A stretch of DNA of 64,000 nt from Octopus bimaculoides (GCF_001194135.2 NC_068986.1:111314023-111378022); one strand, 5' to 3'. Counted from the stretch's first letter, positions 1 through 12,479 are shown. Made by a program: numbers and translations. The notes: generated by a model not told the origin, from the letters alone.

Positions 1-34
<34 letters not shown>

Positions 35-639
35 CCTCTGTGTTTGTGTTTGTATGTGTGTTTGTGTGTGTGTATGGTAAATAAAAGATAGAAGATGGAA
101 GATACGAGGATTTTTATTATCACGACATTTATTTCGTCACATGTAGGATCGATCCCTCATGGATAGGACATTTAACAACTGGGTTAGGAGCATTCGGCGG
201 CGCAGATATGTCTCTTCGTGTGATAAATAGATATAACTTCTTAAAATACCAATCTCGCATTGTATTTTCCCATTTCATGCAAACAGAAGAGGCAAATTCA
301 AAGATAGATATTCATTTATATAGATGATCAATGACAGATGAAAAAAAAAAGAAAAAAAAAAGAGATATAATATAGCGAAACATGTATTTAAAACTAACTG
401 TTAACAGATAAAGATGTATAAACACCTTGCGCAAGCTTCATGTACACTAGCTCATATAAGCATCCACGAAGATGTAAGCATACGCACACGTGTGGTCTCG
501 TGCACTCACGATCACAAAGCGAGTTAAATATCTACTTGGTGTTTATAAGAATAGAGATGTTAAAGCTAAACTTAATTCATTCATATCATAAAATAAATTA
601 TGCTAACAGTTACTCAAATTCATTTCCACTGCATTGTGG

Positions 640-960
640 GAAAGTACATTTATATGCATGTAGGCATCTTGAGAATCTTTCCGAAATTCTATAAATGATC
701 TTCTCATTGATCTAGAGAATAGACTGATTCCTCGTGCCAAAGTCTGCATCTCCTGCAAATCATAAGCTTTTCCGTGCCTTGCTATAGACTAAGTTATGTT
801 ATACTTAATTTTATCTTCATTTAGCAGCCACACAATATCATCCAAAGATGTTGAATGTCTCTTACTGATTCTCTTGAAACTGGTGACATGGTTGCCATAA
901 CGTTTCTTAAATGAATCAGCTGTTTGCCCAATGTAAACATACGACCCTTCTCTCCATTTA
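640..960 (-). mobile_element. Penelope-like element remnant, GIY-YIG endonuclease domain (degenerate)
   Basis: Minus-strand translation YVYIGQTADSFKKRYGNHVTSFKRISKRHSTSLDDIVWLLNEDKIKYNIT*SIARHGKAY matches the YIGQT...FKKRYxNH...WSI pattern of Penelope-like GIY-YIG endonucleases; contains a stop. Confidence 0.8.
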
Positions 961-2289
961 CCGTGTTAGCTATATCATGATCATTTCTACTATCACAGTT
1001 TGACCGTATTTGTTGCTTTCCGTTGCGGTTTACATCACTTTCTTTGCTATTTAGATGCGTGTGTTTGCTAGATCCATTAGGTTGGTTATTGAACTGACTG
1101 TTGTCACATGTTTCTATTGTTTATGCGGTGCATATGCTGCTCTAAATTAATACAGTTAGCATGGGATATGTATACATATGTGTGTGTGCATTGTAGATCA
1201 CGTTGTTAGAAAATTCTTTTGCTTTTTCATATCTTCTATGATTTGACAACGATTTTTGAATTAACACGAAAAATATATTGGTTGTGTTTTATATTTTAGT
1301 AGCTATATTCATATTGTTTCGTTCACTATTTTTGATTTTTGAATGGATTTTCTTTCTTTTCAGAAATGGGAGGATGGAAATTCAAGTACAAAAAATGCGA
1401 ACGGACATATCTGAAGACATTTCTCTCAGACATAGACTTACACTTAAATACAAACATGCATATACACATCATGCTTAATTGTCACCCAATACCTGTCTTC
1501 ACTGAAACAAAAGATCGTAGTTTCATTGTTACTACTCCGCATGAATTCTGCAAAGAGGAAATATTATCTATATATATACATACAAGCATGCATGTATGCA
1601 TGACTTCATACAATGCAAAGTTGCTTGCAAACAAATATACACACCTAACTTCCACACATATGATCATTTATGTGTATGTATGCAAAGATACTCCGTTTGG
1701 CTACGCTACATTCATTCTTGTATTTCATAAAATGTTTATGTTGCGTCCACAAAACACTAGTTGGTCTAACATTAATTTAATTGTATTTGTAGCAGTTCTC
1801 AGAACAAGTTATGTCTTTATAACTTTGAACTCAAAGTTATTGGAATTTACAGCAATGCTAAATGAATGTTTAATATCTTTATTATTCAATTAATGAGCTA
1901 ATGATATAATTAATTAACTGATTAATTAATTAAATTGATAATTAGAAATATTCTGATAGTATGCTGATTCAGCTAACGCCGCATATTGTAAAATAAATTT
2001 TGTTTTAAATCTCTTTACTGTGCCGATTGTGCAATAATCTCCATGACGTTTTGTAAAATTTTATTCAGTCGCTGAATGTGTGAACACAAAACGGTATCAG
2101 CATTCCGTCTATCCCATTAGAAATAAACGAGCAAATATTTTAAAGATGGCTGCCATTGATAATTTATAATATATATATGTGAATTGCTAAATCATTCTGA
2201 GTTTAATGAATCAAATTCTTTATACACATAGACACGCGCACGCACGCTCACACACAGACACACACACACACACATACACACACACACAC

Positions 2290-2360
2290 ACACACAAATA
2301 TGCCTAATATAGGTATATATTAATATATATGATTATAAATACGTGTATCTCTAAGGAGCA

Positions 2361-2391
<31 letters not shown>

Positions 2392-3168
2392 AAATATACA
2401 AGAATAAGGGCAGGGAATCGTCAATTAATAATAGAATTAATAATTAACAATTTTGCCCAGTAGTTCAGTGAACTACTTGGCAAAATTNNNNNNNNNNNNN
2501 NNNNNNNNNNNNNNNNNNNNNNNNNNNNNNNNNNNNNNNNNNNNNNNNNNNNNNNNNNNNNNNNNNNNNNNNNNNNNNNNNNNNNNNNNNNNNNNNNNNN
2601 NNNNNNNNNNNNNNNNNNNNNNNNNNNNNNNNNNNNNNNNNNNNNNNNNNNNNNNNNNNNNNNNNNNNNNNNNNNNNNNNNNNNNNNNNNNNNNNNNNNN
2701 NNNNNNNNNNNNNNNNNNNNNNNNNNNNNNNNNNNNNNNNNNNNNNNNNNNNNNNNNNNNNNNNNNNNNNNNNNNNNNNNNNNNNNNNNNNNNNNNNNNN
2801 NNNNNNNNNNNNNNNNNNNNNNNNNNNNNNNNNNNNNNNNNNNNNNNNNNNNNNNNNNNNNNNNNNNNNNNNNNNNNNNNNNNNNNNNNNNNNNNNNNNN
2901 NNNNNNNNNNNNNNNNNNNNNNNNNNNNNNNNNNNNNNNNNNNNNNNNNNNNNNNNNNNNNNNNNNNNNNNNNNNNNNNNNNNNNNNNNNNNNNNNNNNN
3001 NNNNNNNNNNNNNNNNNNNNNNNNNNNNNNNNNNNNNNNNNNNNNNNNNNNNNNNNNNNNNNNNNNNNNNNNNNNNNNNNNNTACACACACACACACACA
3101 CACAAATATGCCTAATATAGGTATATATTAATATATATGATTATAAATACGTGTATCTCTAAGGAGCA

Positions 3169-3200
<32 letters not shown>
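2290..3200. repeat. About 100-bp direct repeat on both sides of an N-gap (2290-2389 and about 3085-3200), plus a 39-bp palindrome (2449-2487) ending at the gap
   Basis: CAAATATGCCTAATATAGGTATATATTAATATATATGATTATAAATACGTGTATCTCTAAGGAGCAATATA occurs twice. AATTTTGCCCAGTAGTTCA-G-TGAACTACTTGGCAAAATT is self-complementary with one mismatch. Confidence 0.85.
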
Positions 3201-3205
<5 letters not shown>

Positions 3206-4289
3206 GAAACAAAGATACGCACAAACACACACATGTATATATACACCCATTCATACATGCATAATAGTAATACAACACAAATAAAAGTAGTTTTCCCCTG
3301 GTAATTACATGAGCGTTTATTAAAAATGTCGGCACGCGCACAGGCACACATATGCATGTATATTTGTATGTATGTGTATGTTTGTGTGTTGAAAGATCTT
3401 ATAAGATTCTCATGTATAACCTCTGTGCTAATAGCATGAGTTGCATTTTGTAAATCTCTCTTCTTTCATCGTTTTCTATCGAAGACAAATCAGGTGGCAC
3501 ATTACAGCTATAAACTAATATAGTTTAGCAGAATGAGTTAAACGAATGTGATTTCAATTGTTCCTTATGAAAGATATACGATTCATCCTGCAATCGTCGT
3601 TTATATTGTATGTCTGCCTTTTTGGACAGAGTCACTTATATTTATTGCATTCTCTATTTAGGAAAATATGTGTAAACCTCAAAGCAAAGGCATTTAATGC
3701 GTGGCATTAATGTACACAAAGAAGACTGTATTATCTAAATAACTTCTTCTTTTTAAAAGGAGAAATATCGTTTATATTTTTAGTAGGAAGAGCGTCCATA
3801 CTTGAAGACTGGTTGCACGTTGCGTGTAAATGAGGTATGATGAAGCATTTTCTAGAAGATGGCCTCATGAGCTAAATCTCATCATTAGTTGGGCCGCAGT
3901 ACAAAAAGTAGTCAACGCTAGTTCTTTGTTAGGCGTGCCATTCAGAAAGCTCTGCGTACTGCAGGTTAAGGATAATTGATATAGATGATTTGAATCATAT
4001 CTACTATATTAAAACACTTAATTAACTACTAGATTTAAACTATGGGTCAATGTTTGGGGCTATTGCATGAAAGGTCATTGTTAGTCATACTAATATGTAT
4101 AATATGTGTAGCAGTGTAAAATTCTTTGAAATCTTTCAACGACTTACTTAATCAGTTCAATATCAATATAGATGTACACGAGTAACTTCATTTAGATTGA
4201 ATAACAGGAAGGCACGAATTTTCAGGCATCCGGTTAATTATGATTTAGTGGTATGCAAAAATATTCAACTGAAATTTCACATTTTGTTT

Positions 4290-4812
4290 CAAAAAGCAAG
4301 ACATGACAAAGTCGGCCAGTATGTATACTGGACAATATGTCGGCATTATAAAATCAAAACCGCTGACAAATGGTATAAACACCATCCTGAAGCTGTGACT
4401 GAGGGAGAAAATGTATCGATTCTCTGGGACTTCACCGTACATACCAACAAGATTATAAAAGCTAATAAACCGGATATTATTATAAAAGATAGACAAAAGA
4501 AGTGTGTTTATTAGTTGAAATGAGTATTGTGATCCATTGGATCACAATATAGCGGCGAAAGAATTTCACAAGATCAGTAAATATAAAGACTTGCTAATAG
4601 AAATTGAAAAAAATGTGGCATCTCAAGGCGACTACCGTACCAGTGATTGTAAGATCTCTAGGAATGATAGAAAAAAGGCACTGAAACCTATTTGAAAATG
4701 ATACCAGTCTTACCATCCCTACAAGAAGTGCAAACAGTCGTGCTAACTGGAACGACTCATGTACTGAGAAGAGCATTATCGCTGTGAAAACAACATCCAT
4801 TCATGAAAAAAA
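4290..4812 (+). mobile_element. R4/Dong-type (RLE) non-LTR retrotransposon, 5'-truncated 3' end
   Basis: KARHDKVGQYVYWTICRHYKIKTADKWYKHHPEAVTEGENVSILWDFTVHTNKIIKANKPDIIIKD is the RHD...ILWD...KPD signature of the restriction-like endonuclease; frameshifted C-terminus followed by a (TAG)n tract. Confidence 0.85.
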
Positions 4813-4826
4813 TAGTAGTAGTTGTT

Positions 4827-4880
<54 letters not shown>

Positions 4881-4898
4881 ACAGAAGAAGAAGAAGAA

Positions 4899-4945
<47 letters not shown>

Positions 4946-5065
4946 AGAAGAAGAAGAAGAAGAAGAAGAAGAAGAAGAAGAAGAAGAAGAAGAAGAAGAA
5001 GAAGAGCGATGATGATTATTATTGTTATTACTATTACTGTTATTATTAGTATTATTTTTAGTATT
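4813..5065. repeat. Compound trinucleotide microsatellite (TAG)n-(AAG)n-degenerate (ATT)n
   Basis: Directly visible; the near-perfect (AAG) run spans about 4883-5005. Confidence 0.97.
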
Positions 5066-5074
5066 ATCAACATT

Positions 5075-5458
5075 GCCTTTGCACAACATCTAACTCTTGA
5101 GATGTACCACAGTATCAGCTGTTCATTACCAGTGAAATAAGGTAACACCTCCTATTTTTCGAGCACTTTCCGGAGTATTCAAGTGGTTCGAAGCAGTGCT
5201 GTTTTCTGCAAGTGCTCCACCCTTGTTTGTTTTCTTTCTCATTTAAAACCATGTCTGATTCCTATTCCCAATATCATGGTCGCACTGAATCATAAAATCC
5301 CATAGGATCTTTGCATTTCTATTTTCGACGATGCCTTCAGGTTTGTGGTCGTACTAATATTTTACTCTGTCAGGTCCATACTTGTTGCAAAGCATCCAAT
5401 GGACAAGCATGGGTATATTATCGTGGCGTCCCTTATATTCTTTCTGGGCTAGTGGCGT
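5075..5458 (-). mobile_element. R4/Dong-type LINE 3' fragment with internal deletion (second subfamily)
   Basis: Reverse complement encodes LAQKEYKGRHDNIPMLVHWMLCNK...KPEGIVENRNAKILWDFMIQCDH and VEHLQKTALL...ILRKVLEK*; its 3' UTR is shared with 24090-24312 and 25699-26273. Confidence 0.85.
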
Positions 5459-5477
5459 TATTATAATTATTATTATA

Positions 5478-5524
<47 letters not shown>

Positions 5525-5534
5525 CATCATTATG

Positions 5535-5578
<44 letters not shown>

Positions 5579-5607
5579 NNNNNNNNNNTATTATTATTAT
5601 CATTATG

Positions 5608-5657
<50 letters not shown>

Positions 5658-5671
5658 CATTATTATTATTA

Positions 5672-5706
<35 letters not shown>
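5459..5706. repeat. (ATT)n microsatellite with a short gap
   Basis: Directly visible. Confidence 0.97.
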
Positions 5707-5934
5707 TTACCTTCCCCTATATATGGGTGACTTCAAGTTGTCTAATTTTTGTAAGAGCAAAAAAAAAAAAAAATTAAAACTTTGCTACAGACATTACGCA
5801 ATTCAGTTGGGAAATACGCATAAAATTTGGTTGAGAAAATGCGTCAAAAGTATTTTCCCCAGCGATAATTTAATAAATGAAAAAACACTATTATCATGTT
5901 AACTAAAGAAACAGAATAGAGATAATTAAATCAA

Positions 5935-7110
5935 AAACAAACTTGTAAATACTTAGGATTTAATGAAGTAGACAAGATTGACCAATGAAAGAAATGTTAG
6001 GAAGGTGTATTTTACACGCATGATAAATACTTAATACAGAATTAAATGTTAATACGAAGCTAATAATCATCAGTTCTATAGCCCTAGCTGTAATACCTAA
6101 TTTGGAATAGTCTCAAATGAAATCAAGTGAATTAGAAACACTAGACAAGAAAACAATTACAGTGTTTAGAATATGTTCCGCAAAATCTGATATACAATTA
6201 TTATACTTGCCACGCATAGACAATCTAAATTTCTGATTCGTTGGGAAACTGCTTTGATGTACACCAATTTGGGTCATATTTAGAGTTGGCGAAGTCCATC
6301 ACTCACCAGGCTTCACTAAGCTGCCTTTTTCAGAAAAAAAGAATGACAGATAAAGTAGAAGAGAGAGAGGAAGGTATCATTTATTCTCAACTCAAAGTTG
6401 CTATTTTATTAATCAACCCTTTGTGGCTGAAACACAAATTTTACACCCACAGCATTAGAACTAAATGTTGCACAGACACGGAACAATATCGTAAGTGTAT
6501 CCGATGTTTTCGCGGCTCAACCAAGACGCTGCTAAAACTACAACGACGTAAATATATCGTGCAAATAGGAAGAGGTCATAAAATATCTACTGTAAAAATA
6601 GGAAAAAATAACTTGTCAGTAGTTAGTCTTACTAATACATATATCTACATAAACTCTAAAATCTCAGCATATATTTTTTTTTATCTTCAAGGATATTAAC
6701 GAAGAGGGAGAAAGATATAAAGTTAGTGTAAGATATGCTAAAGGCAGAACTGTGTAATGTCAAAGTAAATCGATGACAGTAAAAAACCCTACATATCCTA
6801 TATAGGAATAATGATAATAAAACAAAACTGAAGACATAGATGGAGTACTGAGTAAAGTCAGCAAACTCAGCGCTAAAACCAAGCGTTGTTATCTTTTGTT
6901 GCTTCAGACATGGACAAACATTTAATGAAGAATATAAAATGTGCATGAAGAACTTGTTGGGAATGAATAAATCATATCATTTCTAGGTGTAGAATCAGCA
7001 AGAGACTCAGAACTGTGTTGTTTGTACCTCCACTATCCGACATGTTCTCTTGCCAGATATATTGATGCTGCGATGGTATATCACCAAGGTATATCAAACA
7101 AATGATGTCA
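5935..7110 (+). mobile_element. Old R4/Dong-type LINE remnant (RT C-terminal and post-RT region), interrupted at about 6240-6700
   Basis: KYLGFNEVDKID at 5947 and ELETLDKKT...AKSDIQLLYLPR at about 6128-6215 match the YKYLG...LDRKT...LYLPR region; RW..KTLH and SAKLSA.T..AxD-like remnants at about 6770-6910. Many stops and frameshifts. Confidence 0.65.
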
Positions 7111-7399
7111 TTGATGATACTAAAAAAAAAAAAAAAATCAAGTGATTAATGTAATCGAGGAAGTAATTTTATGCTGGACAGTCTCAAGCCTTTGGCTAGC
7201 AGTTCCACTGGATGATGTGAGTCAAAAGTCGGGATCGACAGAGCCTGTCGGGATCCTATTCTAGAGCAAGAAAGAGTGCGTAACTTGGAGATTAATGTTT
7301 GTAACTAAGCATCATTTCATTTAAACATTATCAATGTGGCAACTAAATGCTGGAGGCGCGCGGCTCATCATCGAAAGGCAGGATCATATAATACACTAG

Positions 7400-7560
7400 C
7401 ATAAGGTCCAAAAACCCACAGATTTCCAATTCCATGCAAAAGAAGCATAAACAATGCGTATTTTTGCTGTACTTTTTCTTGGTTTCGTCTGACAACGTAT
7501 ACGGTGCCCAGACATATCGAATACCTCCTCAAAATGAAGTGCTGTAAAACACATCCAATT
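7400..7560 (-). mobile_element. Possible CR1/L2-like LINE RT C-terminal remnant
   Basis: Minus-strand RYVWAPYTLSDETK followed by frameshifted KVQQK resembles the VWSPY...ERVQRK motif; very degenerate. Confidence 0.4.
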
Positions 7561-7782
7561 CTGCAGCCATATTAAGCAAATGATATTGACTAAAACGTCC
7601 ATTGATTTCTTTCGACAATGGTTTATATTAGTTGTAAATGATTGAGAGTACTTTAAATTGATCTACAATTGTTTTTACACAGAAATGTATTGATCAAACC
7701 TGATTTCACCTCTAATGACTCATTTAAAGATCAAAGGCGCCAGATGAAAATGATCATTGCCTAGATTATTTCAACATTTCAT

Positions 7783-7783
7783 A

Positions 7784-7848
<65 letters not shown>

Positions 7849-7851
7849 GAC

Positions 7852-7904
<53 letters not shown>

Positions 7905-7965
7905 CCAGAACCACTGCTGATGATAATGATGACGACGACAAGGACGACAATGACGGTGATGATTA
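7783..7965. repeat. Compound (ACT)n-(AAT)n-(GAT/GAC)n microsatellite
   Basis: Directly visible. Confidence 0.95.
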
Positions 7966-8098
7966 TAAATGTGCCACGGCGATTACTTTGAAAGTCTTTG
8001 ACATTTAGTATATTAACACTGTATCCAAATATAACAAAAGACGTTTTAACGGTTTACTGCGTTTTAACTGTCTATCAGAACAACTTTAACGCAACTAT

Positions 8099-8133
<35 letters not shown>

Positions 8134-10031
8134 TGTGTGTGTGTGTGCTTGTGTGCTTGTGTGTCTCTGTGTAAGTAAGTCTATATGTATGCTTTGTACA
8201 TAAGTATGTATGTGTACAATCAGTAAACTTTCTACACTCGTTTCAGAAACCATAAATTATGAAAAGGCTGAAATATATTTTGGGATTCTACGATGTCTAA
8301 AGCACTTGGCTTTTGAGGTAGTGGAAAGCCCACGTATGTACCACTCAATACGAAAGCTTAAGAGTGGACATGATTGAAAGACTACCTTTCTTATGCCTCT
8401 GTCGTACACATAGTTCTCTCTACTGTCCATCTTCGCTGTCCATCGTCTACTTTCCAAACTCCACACCAAAATGAGCTGTTCTAGATGATTTAAAAAGCAA
8501 ACTGTCGGTCACTAATCTCTCTCCTGTGAATCACTTACTGTAGCTCAGTGTTTATCGTTCACATCATGGAAATATATCTGCTCGCCGTATTTCACTTGCA
8601 GCTGTTTTCTTATTTGGGAACATATTTTTCATGCCCCCATCAGGAATAAATCGTCCTCAGTGATTTCGAATCTCATGGCGGTCACATTCATTCCATAACA
8701 ATAATTTCCTTCGAGAAAGGGAATATTTTGCTAATCGCAAAATATTGCACCGATATTTTCCAACCATTAAGCACATTTCGAGACCGATTCGCAAACATTT
8801 CAAAAATCCCGAGCAATTTCACATCACAAATCCTAAACTCTTTCAATCAATAACTACTTCTGCATATATCGTATCAATAGAACAAAGCTCTATCGGAAAC
8901 AGCCGAATGCACATTCAAGGGCTACACAAAATCGTCCTCCCTTGGACTCTGTGTTACCTCAATTCTTGATTGGCAGCGGCTCAGTCACTAGTCCTGAGAG
9001 TATACGTGCTTCACCCTTTATTCAATGGAATCAGAAAATCGGATGAACGATGCAATACGTTTCGGAATGTTCCATCCCATATTACACACAAAAATAAATT
9101 GATGACTGAAGGGAAGTATATATGTTTTTGTACTCATGGTTGTACGGTGTGCATGCCAATTCGTTATTTCCTGGATTTGAAGAGGAGACCATGTAAACTT
9201 GTAATTTAGAAGTCATTTTATTATTATAGAAATGACAAGTTAAAGTGACAAGGTAAAGTTAGTAACCCCTATTCTCACAGGGTACTAGTTTCTCAATAGT
9301 AACTGTCAACCTGAAATTTGCGTGATGGCTACTGCTATATTATTTCTCTGAAAGCGTTACTTGAGGTTGGTTTCCTTATGAGAACTACTAGCACAATTGA
9401 AGCATTGCAAATCCATTATTTTCAAAAGGGGATCAATGTGTATCCATTCAATAGATCGGTGGAATCGATTATAGATTAAAACATCTCGAACATTCTTGCT
9501 CATGTCTGTGTTTGGAAATAGTCACAGGTTTCCATTGTTCCTACTCAAGGGAGTTATAATATCTTCCATTCAAGTCCACAACAATTGCAGACATTCGGTC
9601 TGCACTTCCTTTCAAACTTCCTGAGGTAACCCTCACTTTTCCCGGCAGCATGCCACTCGCTTTGAGAATGGTATAGAATACAGCTAGCGGTGCTGATAAT
9701 CTTGTGTTAAAAGTGAATATGCATATGCTTCTATACGAAGCGTTAATCTAGTATAGAGCTGTAATAAGAAATTAGAATGACAAATGAAAGAGAAATTATG
9801 CTATGAATTTCAATAGTTTACATCTGTTCTACCCAAAGAAGCAATGCAGTCACAGCTGAATGTTTGTATATCACCAAATAAATTTGTTGGAGCTTCAAAT
9901 ACCATGTGCAGTTGAAGTTCCTATACACAAACATTCCCCTACGACTGCGTTACATCATATAGCAGAAACAGCTGCAATCTATTGCAGTTCAGGACATAAT
10001 TTTCTTATACCTTTGTCATTTTAGTTTCTTA

Positions 10032-10078
<47 letters not shown>

Positions 10079-10298
10079 CAATTGTAGCGTGGAAGGTGTT
10101 TATAAGCCATTTAAAATAACACACAAAAACTGTTAGATTCACATCAACATTTAAATTTAATTTGTCAAAATATTTTGGTCGCTTTGAGACCGCGACCTGT
10201 TCACTGACAAAGTTCTGTGCTACAGAATGTTGAAGTTAATTTAACAGTTTTTGTGTGTTATTTTAAATGGCTTATAAACACCTTGCACACTGCAATTG
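10079..10298. repeat. Inverted-repeat element (arms about 73 bp: 10079-10151 and 10226-10298) with a structured central loop; probably a non-autonomous Penelope pLTR derivative or a MITE
   Basis: CAATTGTAGCGTGGAAGGTGTTTATAAGCCATTTAAAATAACACACAAAAACTGTTAGA...CAACATT pairs with AATGTTG...TAACAGTTTTTGTGTGTTATTTTAAATGGCTTATAAACACCTTGCACACTGCAATTG. Confidence 0.85.
10161..10211 (-). ncRNA. Hammerhead-ribozyme-like motif (type I, variant core GUGAACA)
   Basis: Minus strand UUUGUCA GUGAACA G GUCGC ggucucaaa GCGAC C AAA AUAU U U UGACAAA: 7-bp stem I, 5-6-bp stem II, palindromic AAUAUU helix III. G12 is absent in this copy. Confidence 0.5.
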
Positions 10299-10349
10299 TT
10301 TTCGTTCCAGCACACGATCTCAGATCAGATAACTTGCTATGCAAGTACA

Positions 10350-10384
<35 letters not shown>

Positions 10385-12479
10385 TTAAATATTTGCGTCT
10401 ACATACGTATATGCGTATATGTGTCTGAGTTGTATATATATCTATGTGCATGGTGTGTTTTTATGTAACACTATGTTTATCATTTTGTCTACGTACATAT
10501 GTCGGAAAAGTGTGTATAAATATAAAAATATTTGTAATTTGATGCATAGTAAGACTACTCGTGGAATGAAACCCATACTAATAAATAGTCTGCATTCTTT
10601 TATTGTCAAGATCTATAAAGAGAATCTCCGATAGGATATCTCCGATTTATATAAGTGCTGGTTATCTTGGTTTTGTTTGTAACTGCGTATTTAGCGATAT
10701 ATACTTAGTGATCGGTATATCTGTCGAGAAGAGTATGTTAACATAAACCAATGATATGTATTTTCTTTCCTCGTTTCGTACATTTTGTCTTTTAAGACTC
10801 AATTCAAAGACCGATAGAGTAAAACAGCAAATAGAAATCAACTGAACTAGGAATAATGAGACGAGTATCAGCTGACATGCGGAAGCAATCATTTTGCATT
10901 CCGGGGTAAAAAAAATAGAGAATATAAATAGGAAAACATATTTAATGAGAGAATTTGGCAAATGGGAAAAAAGTAGAGATGATATGTAAAAATAGATTAA
11001 CCGTCAATGTCTTAGCAGAAACCCGTACTTGTGAAAGTACATAGTTCTTGAATCTACTAGAAAAATATCTTGGTTCTTTTTGTGTTCTTTTTTCTTTTAA
11101 CCATCACAAGCGGTAAATTATTCTACATTGGCAGGAATTGAACTCACAAAAGAAAATAATTTAGAATATCTTAAATGAAAGAAGATGGAAATCACGTAAT
11201 AAGGTATATCATGGAACATAAAATAGAATAAAACAATTCACAATCGAAGGGAGAAAGAAGGGAATAGATTGAATGTATGAGAGAAAAGATAAAGAAAGAA
11301 AAACGAGAAAATGCGGTTAATTTTAAGCAAGCGTTCGTTGATAGTTCGTATAATTTCTTTTGGTGAAGACCTGTATTAATTTAACGGAGCAAATAGACGG
11401 TTTCAGGTAAAGATATTGGTTGCAGAAAAGCGGGAGCCAGCAGGAATATTTCAACGCAAACAAAGACTAGCTTAAGCTGAGTTCCATTAGACAAGTCAGC
11501 CTGATGCCAAACGCTGATTATATGTTTCCAAAGAAAAACTGTTGGATGTTTTCCAACTCTGCAGTCTATCTTATTATTGCAGAGGAACTCTTCAAACAGG
11601 CATTGCTTCATTACAGAGTAAAGTTAGGAAGTTGATTTGAGGGTGGTGAATGTATTTTACCCCTGACACTTCCATAGTTATTTTCATAAAAAGAGGCTCC
11701 GGGCGGGGTTGGCTTCTAAGAATCATTTGGGGCTACACATGAAGGTGAGTATAGTAATTAGTTAAAACAAGATGCTTGTTAAAATCTCACTTCTATCTGT
11801 ACCAAAGTATAGTCAGCGTCTCTAAATTCCTAAAAGGTTGCAATTTATCAAACGTAGCCTGAACAAATTTCATTCTATTTCTCATGCAACATTGAATACA
11901 CTTCAGTTAATAAATATTCGTCTATTTCACAGCATAATAACTTGTATTATCAACGTTCGTTTTCTCTTTAGAACACAGAGTACTCAATAGACATTTATAA
12001 ATTACTATTTCATTACTAAATAACTTATATAAGATTCTACCAAGGAAATATATGTCCACCATCCCTTTTGTCTAAGTATATACGAAGACAGATCTCCTAG
12101 AAACCTTATTCTAGTATCTGAGCTTTTATTGTCTAATTTACAATCCGCTCTTTTTATGCCACAAAAAAGTAACGGAATTGTTCGAATGTAGTACAACTCA
12201 TCATATAGCACCATCTGAGGTGGATATAGGATTTTAAATAACAAGAATTTTGCAACGATGTATAAGAATACATGGTGGATTTGTAGAACTGGTAATGATG
12301 TATTCTATAGGACTTGAAAAGATTATAGGATTCTGGAGAATAGAAGACAAAATAACCAATATTTATGTCAGGCACACTATATTTCCACTTCGATACTCGC
12401 CAAGGTTTTCATACAATTGAGTGTACATTCATCCGTCACCATATCGATATATACAAATCGCAAAAGAAATACATACGTG

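Noticed and set aside
1339-1893. 184-aa plus-strand ORF
   Set aside because: Non-ATG start, AT-rich composition with (TA/CA)-derived residues, and no recognisable motif.
9100-9200. FCTHG...LY.V.AC resembling Helitron helicase motif FSHGQLYVA
   Set aside because: Needs several frameshifts and lacks the upstream TINKAQGQ motif at the correct spacing; too weak to call.
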